In this document: piece after piece, positions 54,506 through 63,998 of the stretch
How the letters are laid out: each line of letters begins with the position of its first letter
How positions within the stretch are numbered: the first letter of the stretch is position 1
The notes under the pieces: generated by a model
What the model was told of the DNA's origin: nothing
Seen by the model: the letters and a program-made list of their open reading frames with translations, nothing else
Database searches by the model: none
DNA from: Roseibacillus sp.
GTDB taxonomy: Bacteria > Verrucomicrobiota > Verrucomicrobiia > Verrucomicrobiales > Akkermansiaceae
Assembly (NCBI GenBank): GCA_965242925.1
Contig: CBDEUM010000018.1
Coordinates: 32,001-96,000 of the forward strand
Length of the DNA stretch: 64,000 bases
Direction: 5' to 3'
Made by a program: the position numbers and the translations under genes

Positions 54506-55114
54506 TTAAACGGTGGTGTTCAGTTCCACGAGGGCGTAGTCGCTGTCCTCCCGCCGCTTGTAGACAATCTGGAGGACATTTCGCCGGGCGTTCTTGAAGA
54601 GGACGAACGGGCGATCGCTCAGTTCCAGTTCCATGAGCGCCTCTTCCTTGAAGAGAGTGGGCAGGTGGAAGGATTCCTCGCGGGTCTTGCTTGGCCCCGG
54701 CTCCGTTCCGTCGTGCTCCTCCTCAATGACGTGGGTATCGAGGAAATCAGACGCATAGATTTTCTCATCGAGAAACCTGATGGCATCCTTGGCGCGGGGG
54801 CGATGTCGCTTGAGGAGTCGCGTCTTGTGCTTTCGCATTCGGCGGGCGATCTTGTCGATGGTCTCGTCAGTGCTCTTGTACATGTCCTCGGTCTCGGAGG
54901 AAGCGTCGATGGTGATATGATTGGCGCAAAAGAGGAGAATTTCAGCGGTGTGGCGTTTGCCCTGCACGTCCAGGATCGCTTTGGCCTCGATGATTTTCGG
55001 GTAGTCGAGATGAAGACCCTCAATCTTGCTGGTGGCGTATTCCTTGAGGAAGGCGGTCGCCTGTTCGTGGCGGACGGTTATGGTGATGTGCGGTTTGAGG
55101 TTTGCGTTTTGCAT
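54506..55114 (-). CDS. hpf: Long-form ribosome hibernation promoting factor (RaiA/HPF with S30AE C-terminal domain)
   Basis: T.RH...T..LKEY...K, DMY.S.D...DKI.R.MRK.K; C-terminal EEA.M.LEL....F..F.N......VYKR....Y.L.E. Confidence 0.9.
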   Translation of the reverse strand: MQNANLKPHITITVRHEQATAFLKEYATSKIEGLHLDYPKIIEAKAILDVQGKRHTAEILLFCANHITIDASSETEDMYKSTDETIDKIARRMRKHKTRLLKRHRPRAKDAIRFLDEKIYASDFLDTHVIEEEHDGTEPGPSKTREESFHLPTLFKEEALMELELSDRPFVLFKNARRNVLQIVYKRREDSDYALVELNTTV

Positions 55115-55322
55115 TGGAATCTTGTCGTGGGTGAGGACGGGAAAAGAACTTTCGAACTCTCGATCCATCACCTTTCAACATAGAGCACTAAAGCCACGAG
55201 CGCTACTTCCTCCTTTTGGGGGATGTTTCGATTGTTGATTAATCGAACGTTCTCATCCGAATGGACGATCTCCCCATACGATCCTCCTATGGATTGTTGC
55301 AGGTCTTCCCCTGGCCGGCGAT

Positions 55323-55350
55323 TCTCAAGATCTCCTAGGAGATCTTGAGA
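55323..55350. repeat. Perfect 28-bp palindrome just downstream of lptB
   Basis: TCTCAAGATCTCCT|AGGAGATCTTGAGA is exactly self-complementary with no spacer. Confidence 0.9.
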
Positions 55351-55355
55351 TATGC

Positions 55356-56144
55356 TTACATGGAGAAGTTCTCGCCCAGGTAGTGGCGGCGGGCCACGGG
55401 GTCGTTGGCCAGTTGCTCGGAAGGCCCCTCCAGGACCACGCGGCCTTCGAGGAGAAGGTAGGCACGGTCGACGATCTGCAGGGTTTCGCGCACGTTGTGA
55501 TCGGTGATGAGCAGGGAGATGCCGTAGTCGTTGCGGAGTTGCTTGATGATCTCCTGGATATCAAGAACTGCGATGGGATCGACGCCGCTGAACGGTTCGT
55601 CGAGCATAAGGAGGCTGGGCTCGGTGCAGAGTGACCGTGCTATTGAGAGGCGGCGTTTTTCTCCACCGGAGAGCGTGAGAGCAGAGGAGCGGCGCACGCC
55701 TTCGATGCCGAAACGCTCTAGCAACTCTTCGCAGCGGGCATGTCGCTGTCTGCGATTCAAGTCGCGACGGGTCTCCAGGACAGCCAGGAGATTCTGCTCT
55801 ACGCTGAGCTTGCGGAAGATGGATTCTTCCTGGGGGAGATAGCCGAGGCCGTGGCGGGCCCGCTTGTGCATGGGCAACCGGGTAACGTTACGGTCGCCCA
55901 TGCGAACCTGACCAGCGTCGGGGGGAATGAGGCCGGCGATCATGTAGAAGGTAGTGGTTTTGCCGGCCCCATTGGGGCCAAGCAGACCAACCACTTCACC
56001 TGGCCCCACCGTGAGGCTCACGCTCTCCACCACCGGGCGGCCGCTGTAGACCTTGCGGAGGCCCTCCACCTGCAGGACAGGTGAAGCCGCTCCCGGGGCC
56101 GGGATGGGGATCGGTTGTGGTTGTTGTTCAGCGTTGGCGTCCAC
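55356..56144 (-). CDS. lptB: LPS export ABC transporter ATP-binding protein
   Basis: GLLGPNGAGKTTTFYM, LPMHKRA..GLGYLPQE.SIFRKL, LSGGE.RR..IAR, LDEPFSGVDPIAV, LITDHNVRETL, YLGENF. Confidence 0.97.
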   Translation of the reverse strand: MDANAEQQPQPIPIPAPGAASPVLQVEGLRKVYSGRPVVESVSLTVGPGEVVGLLGPNGAGKTTTFYMIAGLIPPDAGQVRMGDRNVTRLPMHKRARHGLGYLPQEESIFRKLSVEQNLLAVLETRRDLNRRQRHARCEELLERFGIEGVRRSSALTLSGGEKRRLSIARSLCTEPSLLMLDEPFSGVDPIAVLDIQEIIKQLRNDYGISLLITDHNVRETLQIVDRAYLLLEGRVVLEGPSEQLANDPVARRHYLGENFSM

Positions 56145-56158
56145 GTTAATACCGATGG

Positions 56159-58669
56159 CTAGTTTGTTTTCTCGTTGCGAAGCTTTTCGAAGTTTTTGTC
56201 CTTGAGGTCAAAGAATTGTTCCCAGGCGCCGCGGGAAAGCTCAAAGCTGCCATTTGGATGGAAAAGGATGTAGAGGCCGTTCTCGCGGGCTTCGAAGAAG
56301 CTCTTTCCCTGACGGATTCCAGGGCGTCCGCCGCGCAGGGCGAGGATTCCCGAGCTGGCCTCGTAGGTGGCGGCGGTGGAGTTGGCCACCACCGGTTGCG
56401 CGCCGGCTCCGGGGATGCGGGTGATGAAGACATTCCCGAGGGCCACGATCTTATCGACATCGGAAAACGCTTCCGGTCCTTTCAGGCGATTTTCCGTGGT
56501 TTCTTCACGCCGGGTCAGAGTGATGCGCATGCTATCACTGCAGCGCAGGCGGAAACGTGGCTCTTGCACCGCGATCTCACCGAGGTAGACAACCTCGCCC
56601 TTGATTGAATCGAAGTAGAACCCGCCCTCGCATGTCACGGTGATAAGCTCGGCCGTTTTTTTCTTTTCACCCTTCCTCCGGCGCAGATTGGCGAGGTCGC
56701 CGGTGGTGATCCACGGGCCTGGTTCGGCAAAGAGGCTGCCGTTTTCGTAGAAGCGCATGTAGAGATCGGGCTTTCCGCCCCGCAGGGAATTGTCACCCTG
56801 GCTGATGGCAGGCGTTCCTCCGCGCAGCATGATGTTTGCAGTCGCCACGTCGAGAATGGCATGTTGAGCGGTCGCAATGACAGCGGCGCGTTTTCCGTCG
56901 GGATCTTCCCGGATAAGACGCACCCTGCCGCTGGCCACCACGTGGGTAATATCGGAGAAGGCTTCCGGTCCGGCCAAGTCCCCGCCCGAGGCTTCGGGTT
57001 TCCTTCCCAGGAAGATCTTGATCTCGTCGTCGGCCTGGATGTGAAATTGCGGATGCTGGACCTTGACGTCCTTGAGATAGACGATGTGGCCCTCCCGTGC
57101 GTCGAAGTAAAGGCCGCCACGGGAGGTGACGACGACCAGTTGCGGTTTTCCGGCTTCTCTTCCGGGCTTCACCTCCGCCTTTTTGTCGTTGTCACCTCTC
57201 TCGCGTCCCTGCGGGGAAGGTGGGTTGGCGGGTGCAGAGGGTTCGGAATCTCCGCCGGTCGGATGTCTTGTCGCGGGTGTCGCGTCGGGTGAGGGCTTCT
57301 CCCGGGTGTCGGCGCCATTCCCCAGGTGCTTGAGAGCGGAGAGGTCGCCCACGGTGGTCCAGAGGCCTTCCTCTGCATAGAAGTCCCCGTTCTGGTAGAG
57401 GCGGAGATAGAGATCGGGGCTCCCAGCGGTGAGGGAGTTGAGTCCCTGGCTGATGGTGGGGGTGCCGCCTTGCAGGACGATGTCTCCGGTGCGACGGTTG
57501 ACGACGGCGGTCTCACCGGTGGCGATGCTGGGCGGATTCCTGCCGGAGGGATCCTTGAGAGTCACCCGCACCCCACCTGAGATCACGAAGAGGTAGGGGT
57601 CGACCAGTTCGGAAAAGGTTTTTTCTTTTTCCCGGTTCCCACCCTCCACCGGGGGGGTGTTGTCCCTGCTGGATGTATCCGAGTTTCTGATGGCCTTGGA
57701 GAGATCCTGGGGGGGGAAGAAAACCTTGAGGTGTCCGGCGCAGGTTAGCGTGAAGCGGGACTCGGTAACCTCGATGTTGCGGAGGTAGGAAATGTGCCCG
57801 CGCTCGGGGTTGAGGAACATGCCGCCTTCCGCCGTGATCAGGACTTCTCCCCCGGTTGCTTTGACGGGCGGAGGAGTTACAGGGTTTCCCTGGGAGACGG
57901 GGGAGAGGAGTTTTGATTCCGGAATCTGTATGGTATGCGAAAAGCTGCGAAGGTCGGCATCCGCCTTTCCGCTCGACTGACGGCTTTGAGTCATGAAGTT
58001 GCGCGTGGGAGCACGGTTGGCGAGGACTGACCTGGTGCGCGACTGGAGGAGGGTGTCGATCTTGCGGCGTTCTGTGCCGGTCAGGCCTTCAGGTCCCGTG
58101 AAAGCGGTGGCGAGTTCGCTAAGACCCGCAGGCGAGAGGGGATTTTCCGGGGGGTGTTCATTTTTTCCGGAGGCAGGAGGATTCCCTTTCGGGTTGTCCG
58201 ACGCGGTCAAGAGGGTGGAGACCGGACCGCGTAAGAAGCCGGAGCGGGACTCCAGGTGGAAGATGCCTCCTGCTCCCTGGCCCCGGATCTTCTCACCGCG
58301 CAGGGTGATGACCTTATGGGCCCGGAGTATTCCCGTGTTGAGGGAGAAGTTTGCTGAGCCCATGCGCATGCGGATCAGAACGGAGTCGTCCTGAAAATAG
58401 CGCAGAGCAATATTCTCTGCGCGGAGGTCCCGCTTGGTGAGAACCTTGAGGAAGTCGGATTGCAGGAGCGCCATGCGCTCGAGCTTCTTGTTGAAGACGG
58501 GGATGCGGACTTCCTTCAACATGCTCCCGGCCGGCAGGTTGTCCATTATTGGCCCCAGTTTCTGGTAGGGGAGTTCCGGATTCTTTCCCTCCGGCTCCTC
58601 CTGTGCCGGTGCGCGTTCGGGGCCGGTCCCGAAAAGGACGAGAGCCAGAAGAAGCGGAGAAGCACGCAT
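56159..58669 (-). CDS. Putative LptC-like + three tandem LptA/OstA-like beta-jellyroll fusion protein
   Basis: Occupies the lptC/lptA slot between kdsA and lptB. Signal peptide, N-terminal beta domain, then three ~150-aa repeats (IT..GG.(F/Y)(F/L)....G...YL....V...(R/Q)F.....(A/S).G.V....GG.P.I.QG...LY....NG....G.W). Confidence 0.7.
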   Translation of the reverse strand: MRASPLLLALVLFGTGPERAPAQEEPEGKNPELPYQKLGPIMDNLPAGSMLKEVRIPVFNKKLERMALLQSDFLKVLTKRDLRAENIALRYFQDDSVLIRMRMGSANFSLNTGILRAHKVITLRGEKIRGQGAGGIFHLESRSGFLRGPVSTLLTASDNPKGNPPASGKNEHPPENPLSPAGLSELATAFTGPEGLTGTERRKIDTLLQSRTRSVLANRAPTRNFMTQSRQSSGKADADLRSFSHTIQIPESKLLSPVSQGNPVTPPPVKATGGEVLITAEGGMFLNPERGHISYLRNIEVTESRFTLTCAGHLKVFFPPQDLSKAIRNSDTSSRDNTPPVEGGNREKEKTFSELVDPYLFVISGGVRVTLKDPSGRNPPSIATGETAVVNRRTGDIVLQGGTPTISQGLNSLTAGSPDLYLRLYQNGDFYAEEGLWTTVGDLSALKHLGNGADTREKPSPDATPATRHPTGGDSEPSAPANPPSPQGRERGDNDKKAEVKPGREAGKPQLVVVTSRGGLYFDAREGHIVYLKDVKVQHPQFHIQADDEIKIFLGRKPEASGGDLAGPEAFSDITHVVASGRVRLIREDPDGKRAAVIATAQHAILDVATANIMLRGGTPAISQGDNSLRGGKPDLYMRFYENGSLFAEPGPWITTGDLANLRRRKGEKKKTAELITVTCEGGFYFDSIKGEVVYLGEIAVQEPRFRLRCSDSMRITLTRREETTENRLKGPEAFSDVDKIVALGNVFITRIPGAGAQPVVANSTAATYEASSGILALRGGRPGIRQGKSFFEARENGLYILFHPNGSFELSRGAWEQFFDLKDKNFEKLRNEKTN

Positions 58670-58758
58670 GGGAGGGAGCTGGAGCGTAAGGGCCTGGGTT
58701 ATGGACTAGACGTTCTGGCTGGAAAGGGCAGGGCTGTTCTCCGGGGCGGGGAGCGCCG

Positions 58759-59577
58759 TCAGGTGGAGAGAGCCCGGTGAATCTTCATCAGGGAGATGAG
58801 GACGGCTTCGATCTGTCCAAGGGAAATCTGGTTGGGTCCGTCGGAGAGAGCTTCCGCAGGGTTGGAGTGTGTTTCCATGAAAATGCCATCCACTCCGGTG
58901 GCCATTGCGGCGCGGGCCAGAACGGGGGCCAGTTCTCCGTCGCCTCCGGTCGTCCCTCCCAGGCCACCCGGACGCTGGACCGAATGAGTAGCGTCGAAGA
59001 TGACGGGAATGCCCTCCTGTCGGATCCAGTAGAGGGAGCGCATGTCGGCCACCAGGTTGTTGTAGCCAAAGGTCGTCCCGCGTTCGGTGATGAGGAATCG
59101 TTCGCAACCGAAGGAACGCAGCTTACCGGCAATATTGGTGCAATCCCAGGGGGCGAGGAACTGGCCTTTCTTCACGTTCACGGCCCGCCCGGTGGCGGCA
59201 CAGGCCTCCAGTAGATCGGTCTGGCGGCAGAGGAAAGCGGGCACTTGGAGAAGGTCGACATGCTCGGCCGCGATCGCAGCCTCCTCCGCCGTATGGATGT
59301 CGGTGGTGACCGGGATACCGAGTTCTCTCCCGATCTCACCGAGGATGCGGCATCCCGCTTTCACACCTGGTCCACGGTAGGAATCGATTGCCGTACGGTT
59401 GGCCTTGTCGTAGGAGGCCTTGAAAAGGAGGGGCACGTCCAGGCGGGAGGAGATTTCAGTGAGGGCGCGCGCCATTTCCCAGGCAAACTCCTCGCTTTCC
59501 AGGCCACAGGGGCCGAGGATGAAAAAGGGGTGCCCTCCGCCAACTTCGACGTTCTGGATCGTGAAGGAATCTACCAT
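58759..59577 (-). CDS. kdsA: KDO 8-phosphate synthase
   Basis: GPC..ES, FKASYDKANRT, TDIH, Q.PAFLCRQTDLL, NVKKGQFLAP, ERGT.FGYNNLV.D, FDATHSVQ.PG, F.E.H..P..ALSDG. Confidence 0.97.
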   Translation of the reverse strand: MVDSFTIQNVEVGGGHPFFILGPCGLESEEFAWEMARALTEISSRLDVPLLFKASYDKANRTAIDSYRGPGVKAGCRILGEIGRELGIPVTTDIHTAEEAAIAAEHVDLLQVPAFLCRQTDLLEACAATGRAVNVKKGQFLAPWDCTNIAGKLRSFGCERFLITERGTTFGYNNLVADMRSLYWIRQEGIPVIFDATHSVQRPGGLGGTTGGDGELAPVLARAAMATGVDGIFMETHSNPAEALSDGPNQISLGQIEAVLISLMKIHRALST

Positions 59578-59815
59578 CGGTTCGTGGTGCCACCACCATG
59601 CCGCAGGCTGGGGACTGATTCAATAGCGGGATTGGGCCGGGAGGACTTCTTGCCTCCGGATCCGGTTTCCCGGGGTCCCGATGAGAGTGGAATGCCCTGC
59701 CAGGGATGGCTGTCAGCGGCAAAGTTCCGGGGGTGTCCTCGGGATTTCCGCTGCTTGCGGCAACAATCCGTGCCGCCCTCCCTCCCTATCGCTGCAGGCG
59801 CTGCAGAAGGTTGAA

Positions 59816-60085
59816 TCAGGCTCCGGCAGCCTCCCCCTGTGCCTCAACCTCGGAGTGGAGGGAGCGTAGATTCAGCAAGGCGGTTTGAAGGAGCTTGTCT
59901 TCTTCCGGTGTTCGATTGCCCGTGGTCTTGTTTTCCAGCATCTCAAGCGAATCGAGAACCGAACGGGCGGCCTTGATATTCACTTCCAGCTTTCCACTGG
60001 TGGGATTGGGGACCTGGCCGAGGAACATTCCTGCGTTCTGGGCCTGCAGGATGACAAAGTCGGCGAAGCGTGGGTCGTTCTCCAT
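59816..60085 (-). CDS. DUF1844 family protein
   Basis: F..FV...AQNA.MFLG..PNP.SG.....AR..LD.L.ML..KT.GN...EE..LL...L..L. Confidence 0.88.
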   Translation of the reverse strand: MENDPRFADFVILQAQNAGMFLGQVPNPTSGKLEVNIKAARSVLDSLEMLENKTTGNRTPEEDKLLQTALLNLRSLHSEVEAQGEAAGA

Positions 60086-60195
60086 GAGGTGTCGTCGGGA
60101 CGGTTACACCGGATGAAGGCAGAAGGCCAGTCGTTACCACACGCGAAATCTCTGAGGGTTTCCTCCGGTCCTGCAGAAGTCGGACGGATGGGCAT

Positions 60196-62721
60196 TCAGG
60201 GACCGGTCTGAGGGCTGACTGTTGCGATGACCGGGTCTCTCCCGAAGTACCTCCGGGCGGTGGCAAGGATCTCTTCAGCAGTGAGGGACTTGACTCTTTC
60301 AGCGTGTTCGAGGTGGTGGAGGGGCCCAAGGCCGAAAAGGGTGTTGAGGGCACAGACCTGCGCCATGGAGTGGTTGCTCTGGTTTTCGAGTGCATCACTG
60401 GCCAGAACGCTGGTCTTGGCATGGGCCAGGGGATTCTCCGGGATGCCTTCTTGGGTGAGGATCTCTATCTGGGTAAGCAGTTCGCGGCGGGCCACGTCAG
60501 CCTGATCGGGCGCTGTTCCCACGTAGAAAGCGAAGAGCCCGGTACCCAGGCCGTGAAACTGGGTGGCATTGACGTAGTAGGCCAGTCCCAGTTCTTCCCT
60601 CAGTCGCGTGAAGAGGGGGCCAGCCATGTTGGCGCAATACTCGTGGATCAATTCCAGGGCGGGGATGTCCTCGGAGGTGATGTGGGCACCCGGGTAGCCG
60701 ATGGCAATGACAGCCTGTTCCTTGGTCAGACGCCTGGAGACCTCGCCGGAATTGATCTCTTGCCCGGTTCCGGAGGCGGTTTCGCTGGTCGATCCTTCAG
60801 GGAGGGAGGCAAAGATCCCCTCACATAGGTCCGCGGTGGCATCGGGATCGATGTCTCCAAAAACGGCCAGCACACCGTTCTGGCGCGTCATGAAGCGGAG
60901 GTGGTGGTCAAGGAGGGCCTGGCAGTCGATTTTTTCGAGCGATTCCTCGGTGCCGAGACGTGGGAGGCCATAGTGCCGATCTCCAAAGAGGGTGCTGCGC
61001 AGGAGCCGGAAGGCCGTCTTGAGGGGATCTTCCATCGCTTCCCGAAGGTCCGTGCGTTGAACCTCACGTTCCCGGGTGAGCGTATCTTCCTGAAAGGCCG
61101 GTATGCTCAGCGCTTCCCCTGACAAGCCGAGGACGGTAGCAAGGTCGGGCTGGAGACAGAAGGAGGACACGATGGTGGTGTTGTTGCCCGCGCTGGCGTG
61201 CACGGTTGCACCAAGGGACTCAACCTCCCGGGCGAATTCACCGCCGGGGTGGTCCGTGGTGCCCCTGGTGAGAAGGGATGCATGCAGCGGATTAATGCCG
61301 CAGTTCCCGGGAGTCTCCGCCAGGCGGCCTGCACGGAAGACACCCTGAAAATGCACGGTGGGCACCCTGGGGTCAGGCCGCAGCACGAGGGTGATCCCGT
61401 TGTCGAGGGTCCGCGTTGTGATTTCACCCGGAGCCTTGCTCGAACGTGTCACATGAGCAGGGGCATGCGTCTCGGTGGGATCGAGAGATGTGATGGTGAG
61501 CCCATCAGGTCGGAGATAGTGGTGAGCCACCCGCACGAGGTCGTTGGGGGTTACCTGATCGAGCAGATCAAGGTAGTCACGGGTGAAATCGAGGTTACGT
61601 GCCTCATGCCAGTTGGAGGCCAGATCAGCAGCGCGTCCCGAGGCGGTGGCGAGGGTTTTGAACTGACTGGCGAAAACCTGCCGACGGGCCCTGTCGAGAG
61701 CCGGTTGCAGTTCGCTTTCGAGGGCCGGGGTGAGTTCGGCGAGGACGGCCTGCTCCAGGCGGTCACGTTGATCATGATCGACCTCCGCGGAAATACTGAA
61801 CATTCCGGGGCCGTCTGCGGGACTCCAGGCCCAGGTTCCGATGTAATGGGCGAGTCCCTCCTGCTCGTGGAAGCGGCGGTAGAGGTAGGACGATCGCCCT
61901 CCTCCGAGTGCGCCGGAGAGCAGTTCAAGGGCGGGGGTATCCGGGTGATCGAGTCCCGGCGTCTGCCACGCCAGGGTGGTTTTGCTGACCGGGATGGCGA
62001 AAGGTTGGCGCGCTTCCCGTTGTCCGAGTTGACGGGGTTCCTGTAGACCATTGACCCGGGAGAGAGCCCGGCCGGGCAGGCGCTCACTCATCTGTTCCAG
62101 GTTGGCCAGGACGGTGGTGCGGTCGAAGTCGCCCGAGAGAACAAAGATGCTGTTGGAAGGGAGGTAGCACCGGCGGTGATAATCCATCATGTCTTCGTAG
62201 CTGAGGGCGTCGAAGAGTCTGCGATGTCCGATGACGGGATGGCGGCGGGGGTCGTGCTGAAAGAAGGTCTGAAAGAGGAGTTGGCTGGCGGCGGAGTCAG
62301 GATCGTCCCGGCCCATGTCAATCTCGCGCCGGATCACTTCGCGCTCGGTTTCGAAATCCTCCTCCGGGAAGCTGGGGAGGAAGGCCAGTTCGAAGAGGAT
62401 ATGGACAAAGGTGTCACAGGCAGTGCTGGGACCATCGATGTAATAGACTGTCCGGTCCAGGGAGGTGTAGGCATTCCATTGCCCTCCCGCGGAGTTTACG
62501 CGGGTGGCCAGTTCCGCTCCCGGAAAGGAATCCGTGCCTTTGAACACCATGTGTTCGAGGAGGTGCGAGAGTCCGCTGCCGGAGAAGTGCTCCTCGTGCT
62601 GGCTGCCGGTCGCGATCCAGCACTGGGCGGAGACAACCGGGGCGGTTTGATCCACCTGCATGATGACAGTAAGCCCGTTGGAGATGGTGTGCAGCGAGGC
62701 GTCGGTGGCGGGGAATTGCAT
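60196..62721 (-). CDS. M16 (pitrilysin/PqqL-like) zinc protease, fused two-half form
   Basis: GS..E....GLSHLLEHMVFKGT (HxxEH), NAYTS.DRT.Y, E.EREVI..EI; second half LDNG.. and LF.RLREE.GLAY. ORF is open to 62742. Confidence 0.95.
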   Translation of the reverse strand: MQFPATDASLHTISNGLTVIMQVDQTAPVVSAQCWIATGSQHEEHFSGSGLSHLLEHMVFKGTDSFPGAELATRVNSAGGQWNAYTSLDRTVYYIDGPSTACDTFVHILFELAFLPSFPEEDFETEREVIRREIDMGRDDPDSAASQLLFQTFFQHDPRRHPVIGHRRLFDALSYEDMMDYHRRCYLPSNSIFVLSGDFDRTTVLANLEQMSERLPGRALSRVNGLQEPRQLGQREARQPFAIPVSKTTLAWQTPGLDHPDTPALELLSGALGGGRSSYLYRRFHEQEGLAHYIGTWAWSPADGPGMFSISAEVDHDQRDRLEQAVLAELTPALESELQPALDRARRQVFASQFKTLATASGRAADLASNWHEARNLDFTRDYLDLLDQVTPNDLVRVAHHYLRPDGLTITSLDPTETHAPAHVTRSSKAPGEITTRTLDNGITLVLRPDPRVPTVHFQGVFRAGRLAETPGNCGINPLHASLLTRGTTDHPGGEFAREVESLGATVHASAGNNTTIVSSFCLQPDLATVLGLSGEALSIPAFQEDTLTREREVQRTDLREAMEDPLKTAFRLLRSTLFGDRHYGLPRLGTEESLEKIDCQALLDHHLRFMTRQNGVLAVFGDIDPDATADLCEGIFASLPEGSTSETASGTGQEINSGEVSRRLTKEQAVIAIGYPGAHITSEDIPALELIHEYCANMAGPLFTRLREELGLAYYVNATQFHGLGTGLFAFYVGTAPDQADVARRELLTQIEILTQEGIPENPLAHAKTSVLASDALENQSNHSMAQVCALNTLFGLGPLHHLEHAERVKSLTAEEILATARRYFGRDPVIATVSPQTGP

Positions 62722-62860
62722 TGGTTGTCGGAGGAGAGGCATCGTTATTGGGGCGAGTGGTGAGGCAGGTCAAGCGGGATGCCTGCCACGACCGTTCTGC
62801 CAAGGACCGGGATTCCCTAAATTCCCTTGGCGTGAGGGGGTGATTTGCTAGAAGAGCTTT

Positions 62861-63358
62861 ATGTCCCGGCCGGTTGTTGTCGTCATTACCGTCATTTTGC
62901 TCCTTGGTCTGGTGGGGGGAGGAATCCTGGGCTGGATGTTCATGAGCAGGGATCGGGTGGGCGTTCTGAATTACCAGGTACAGGTGGAGGAGGGGGCCAA
63001 TATGCGGGAGGTTCTTGCGAAGGAAGAGGAGTTCCTGCAGAGCGATCAGGTTCTCAAACAGGTGATCAAGAACCTGAGCCTCATCGAGGGGTGGAGCATG
63101 GATTCCGAGGAGGAAGCGCTCTCTCACATGCGCACCAAGCTCATCGTGAAGGAAGACCGGATAGGTGCCCGCGTGCGGGTGATCTATCGGGACCGCAAGC
63201 AGAATCGGGCCCTGGAGATCCTGCAGGAGATCAAGAAGGTTTTCACCCCGATACGCTCTGAGGCCGTTCGTAGGAATGAGTTGCCACCGCTCATGCCCAT
63301 GGATGACGAGGGAGCTGAGGATGATTCCAATTGGGCTCCCCTGCCGGCAAGTCCCTGA
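62861..63358 (+). CDS. Membrane-anchored protein resembling an isolated Wzz/Wzc periplasmic domain
   Basis: N-terminal TM, then E.EFLQSDQVLKQVI.NL.L...W....EEAL..MR.KL.V......V.V.Y.D....A.EI. Confidence 0.6.
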   Translation: MSRPVVVVITVILLLGLVGGGILGWMFMSRDRVGVLNYQVQVEEGANMREVLAKEEEFLQSDQVLKQVIKNLSLIEGWSMDSEEEALSHMRTKLIVKEDRIGARVRVIYRDRKQNRALEILQEIKKVFTPIRSEAVRRNELPPLMPMDDEGAEDDSNWAPLPASP

Positions 63359-63389
63359 GACTGGTCGACAAGCTGCTCTCGCAGGAGGC

Positions 63390-63998
63390 TCAATCAGCGC
63401 CGACTTTCAGGGGCAGGTTGATGGAGGGAAACTCGCGGAGAGTGAGACCGATCATGGCACCGAACTCGTCGTCGTAACGGTGGTTGCGGTGGAAAAGTCC
63501 GAGTGAGACGACCCAGTTGTCGAAGGTGCGGTGGACAGAGTAGTGCTGGTATTCCAGGACACTGTCGTCGATTTCCCATCGGTGACTGAAGCCGGCTCCC
63601 CAGTCCTTGTTGAATCGTTTGAAGGCTCCGTACTCGAAGCGGATGGAATCCTGCAGGATGGGATGGTCATTGAGGAAGCGATGTCGGACAGTGAGCTCCA
63701 GGTTGTCGGTGGGCATATAGCGGAGGGAACCCACTATCTCGGTGAAATCTCCCACTTTGCTCAGGAGTGGAAACTGGGTTTCCAGTCCCAGCTCAAGCCA
63801 CGGGACGGGATGAAAATAGATTTCATTGTAGAAGTTGGAAAACTCACGATCAAATTCTGGATCTTCCTGGAACCAGTCCAGATAGGAATTGATGGAAAGC
63901 CACTCATGGCTGCCGCCGTCGCGCTTTGTAAGGAAGCGGTTGCGAACGCCCAGACGGATGATGGTCCAGTCCTCAATATCGTCGATGGCAGTGAAGCG
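63390..63998 (-). CDS. lptD: LPS assembly protein LptD-like outer-membrane beta-barrel, C-terminal part; truncated at window edge
   Basis: One continuous frame from the window end (RFTAIDDIEDWTIIRLGVRNRFLTKRDG..HEW...) through amphipathic aromatic beta strands to ...GLTLREFP. The ORF track shows only the part after an internal GTG. Confidence 0.7.
   Translation of the reverse strand, partial: RFTAIDDIEDWTIIRLGVRNRFLTKRDGGSHEWLSINSYLDWFQEDPEFDREFSNFYNEIYFHPVPWLELGLETQFPLLSKVGDFTEIVGSLRYMPTDNLELTVRHRFLNDHPILQDSIRFEYGAFKRFNKDWGAGFSHRWEIDDSVLEYQHYSVHRTFDNWVVSLGLFHRNHRYDDEFGAMIGLTLREFPSINLPLKVGAD

Noticed and set aside
63390..63998. Apparent frameshift or split of lptD suggested by two short ORFs in the track
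   Set aside because: Manual translation shows a single open frame from the window edge to 63390; 63761-63976 is a different, spurious frame.
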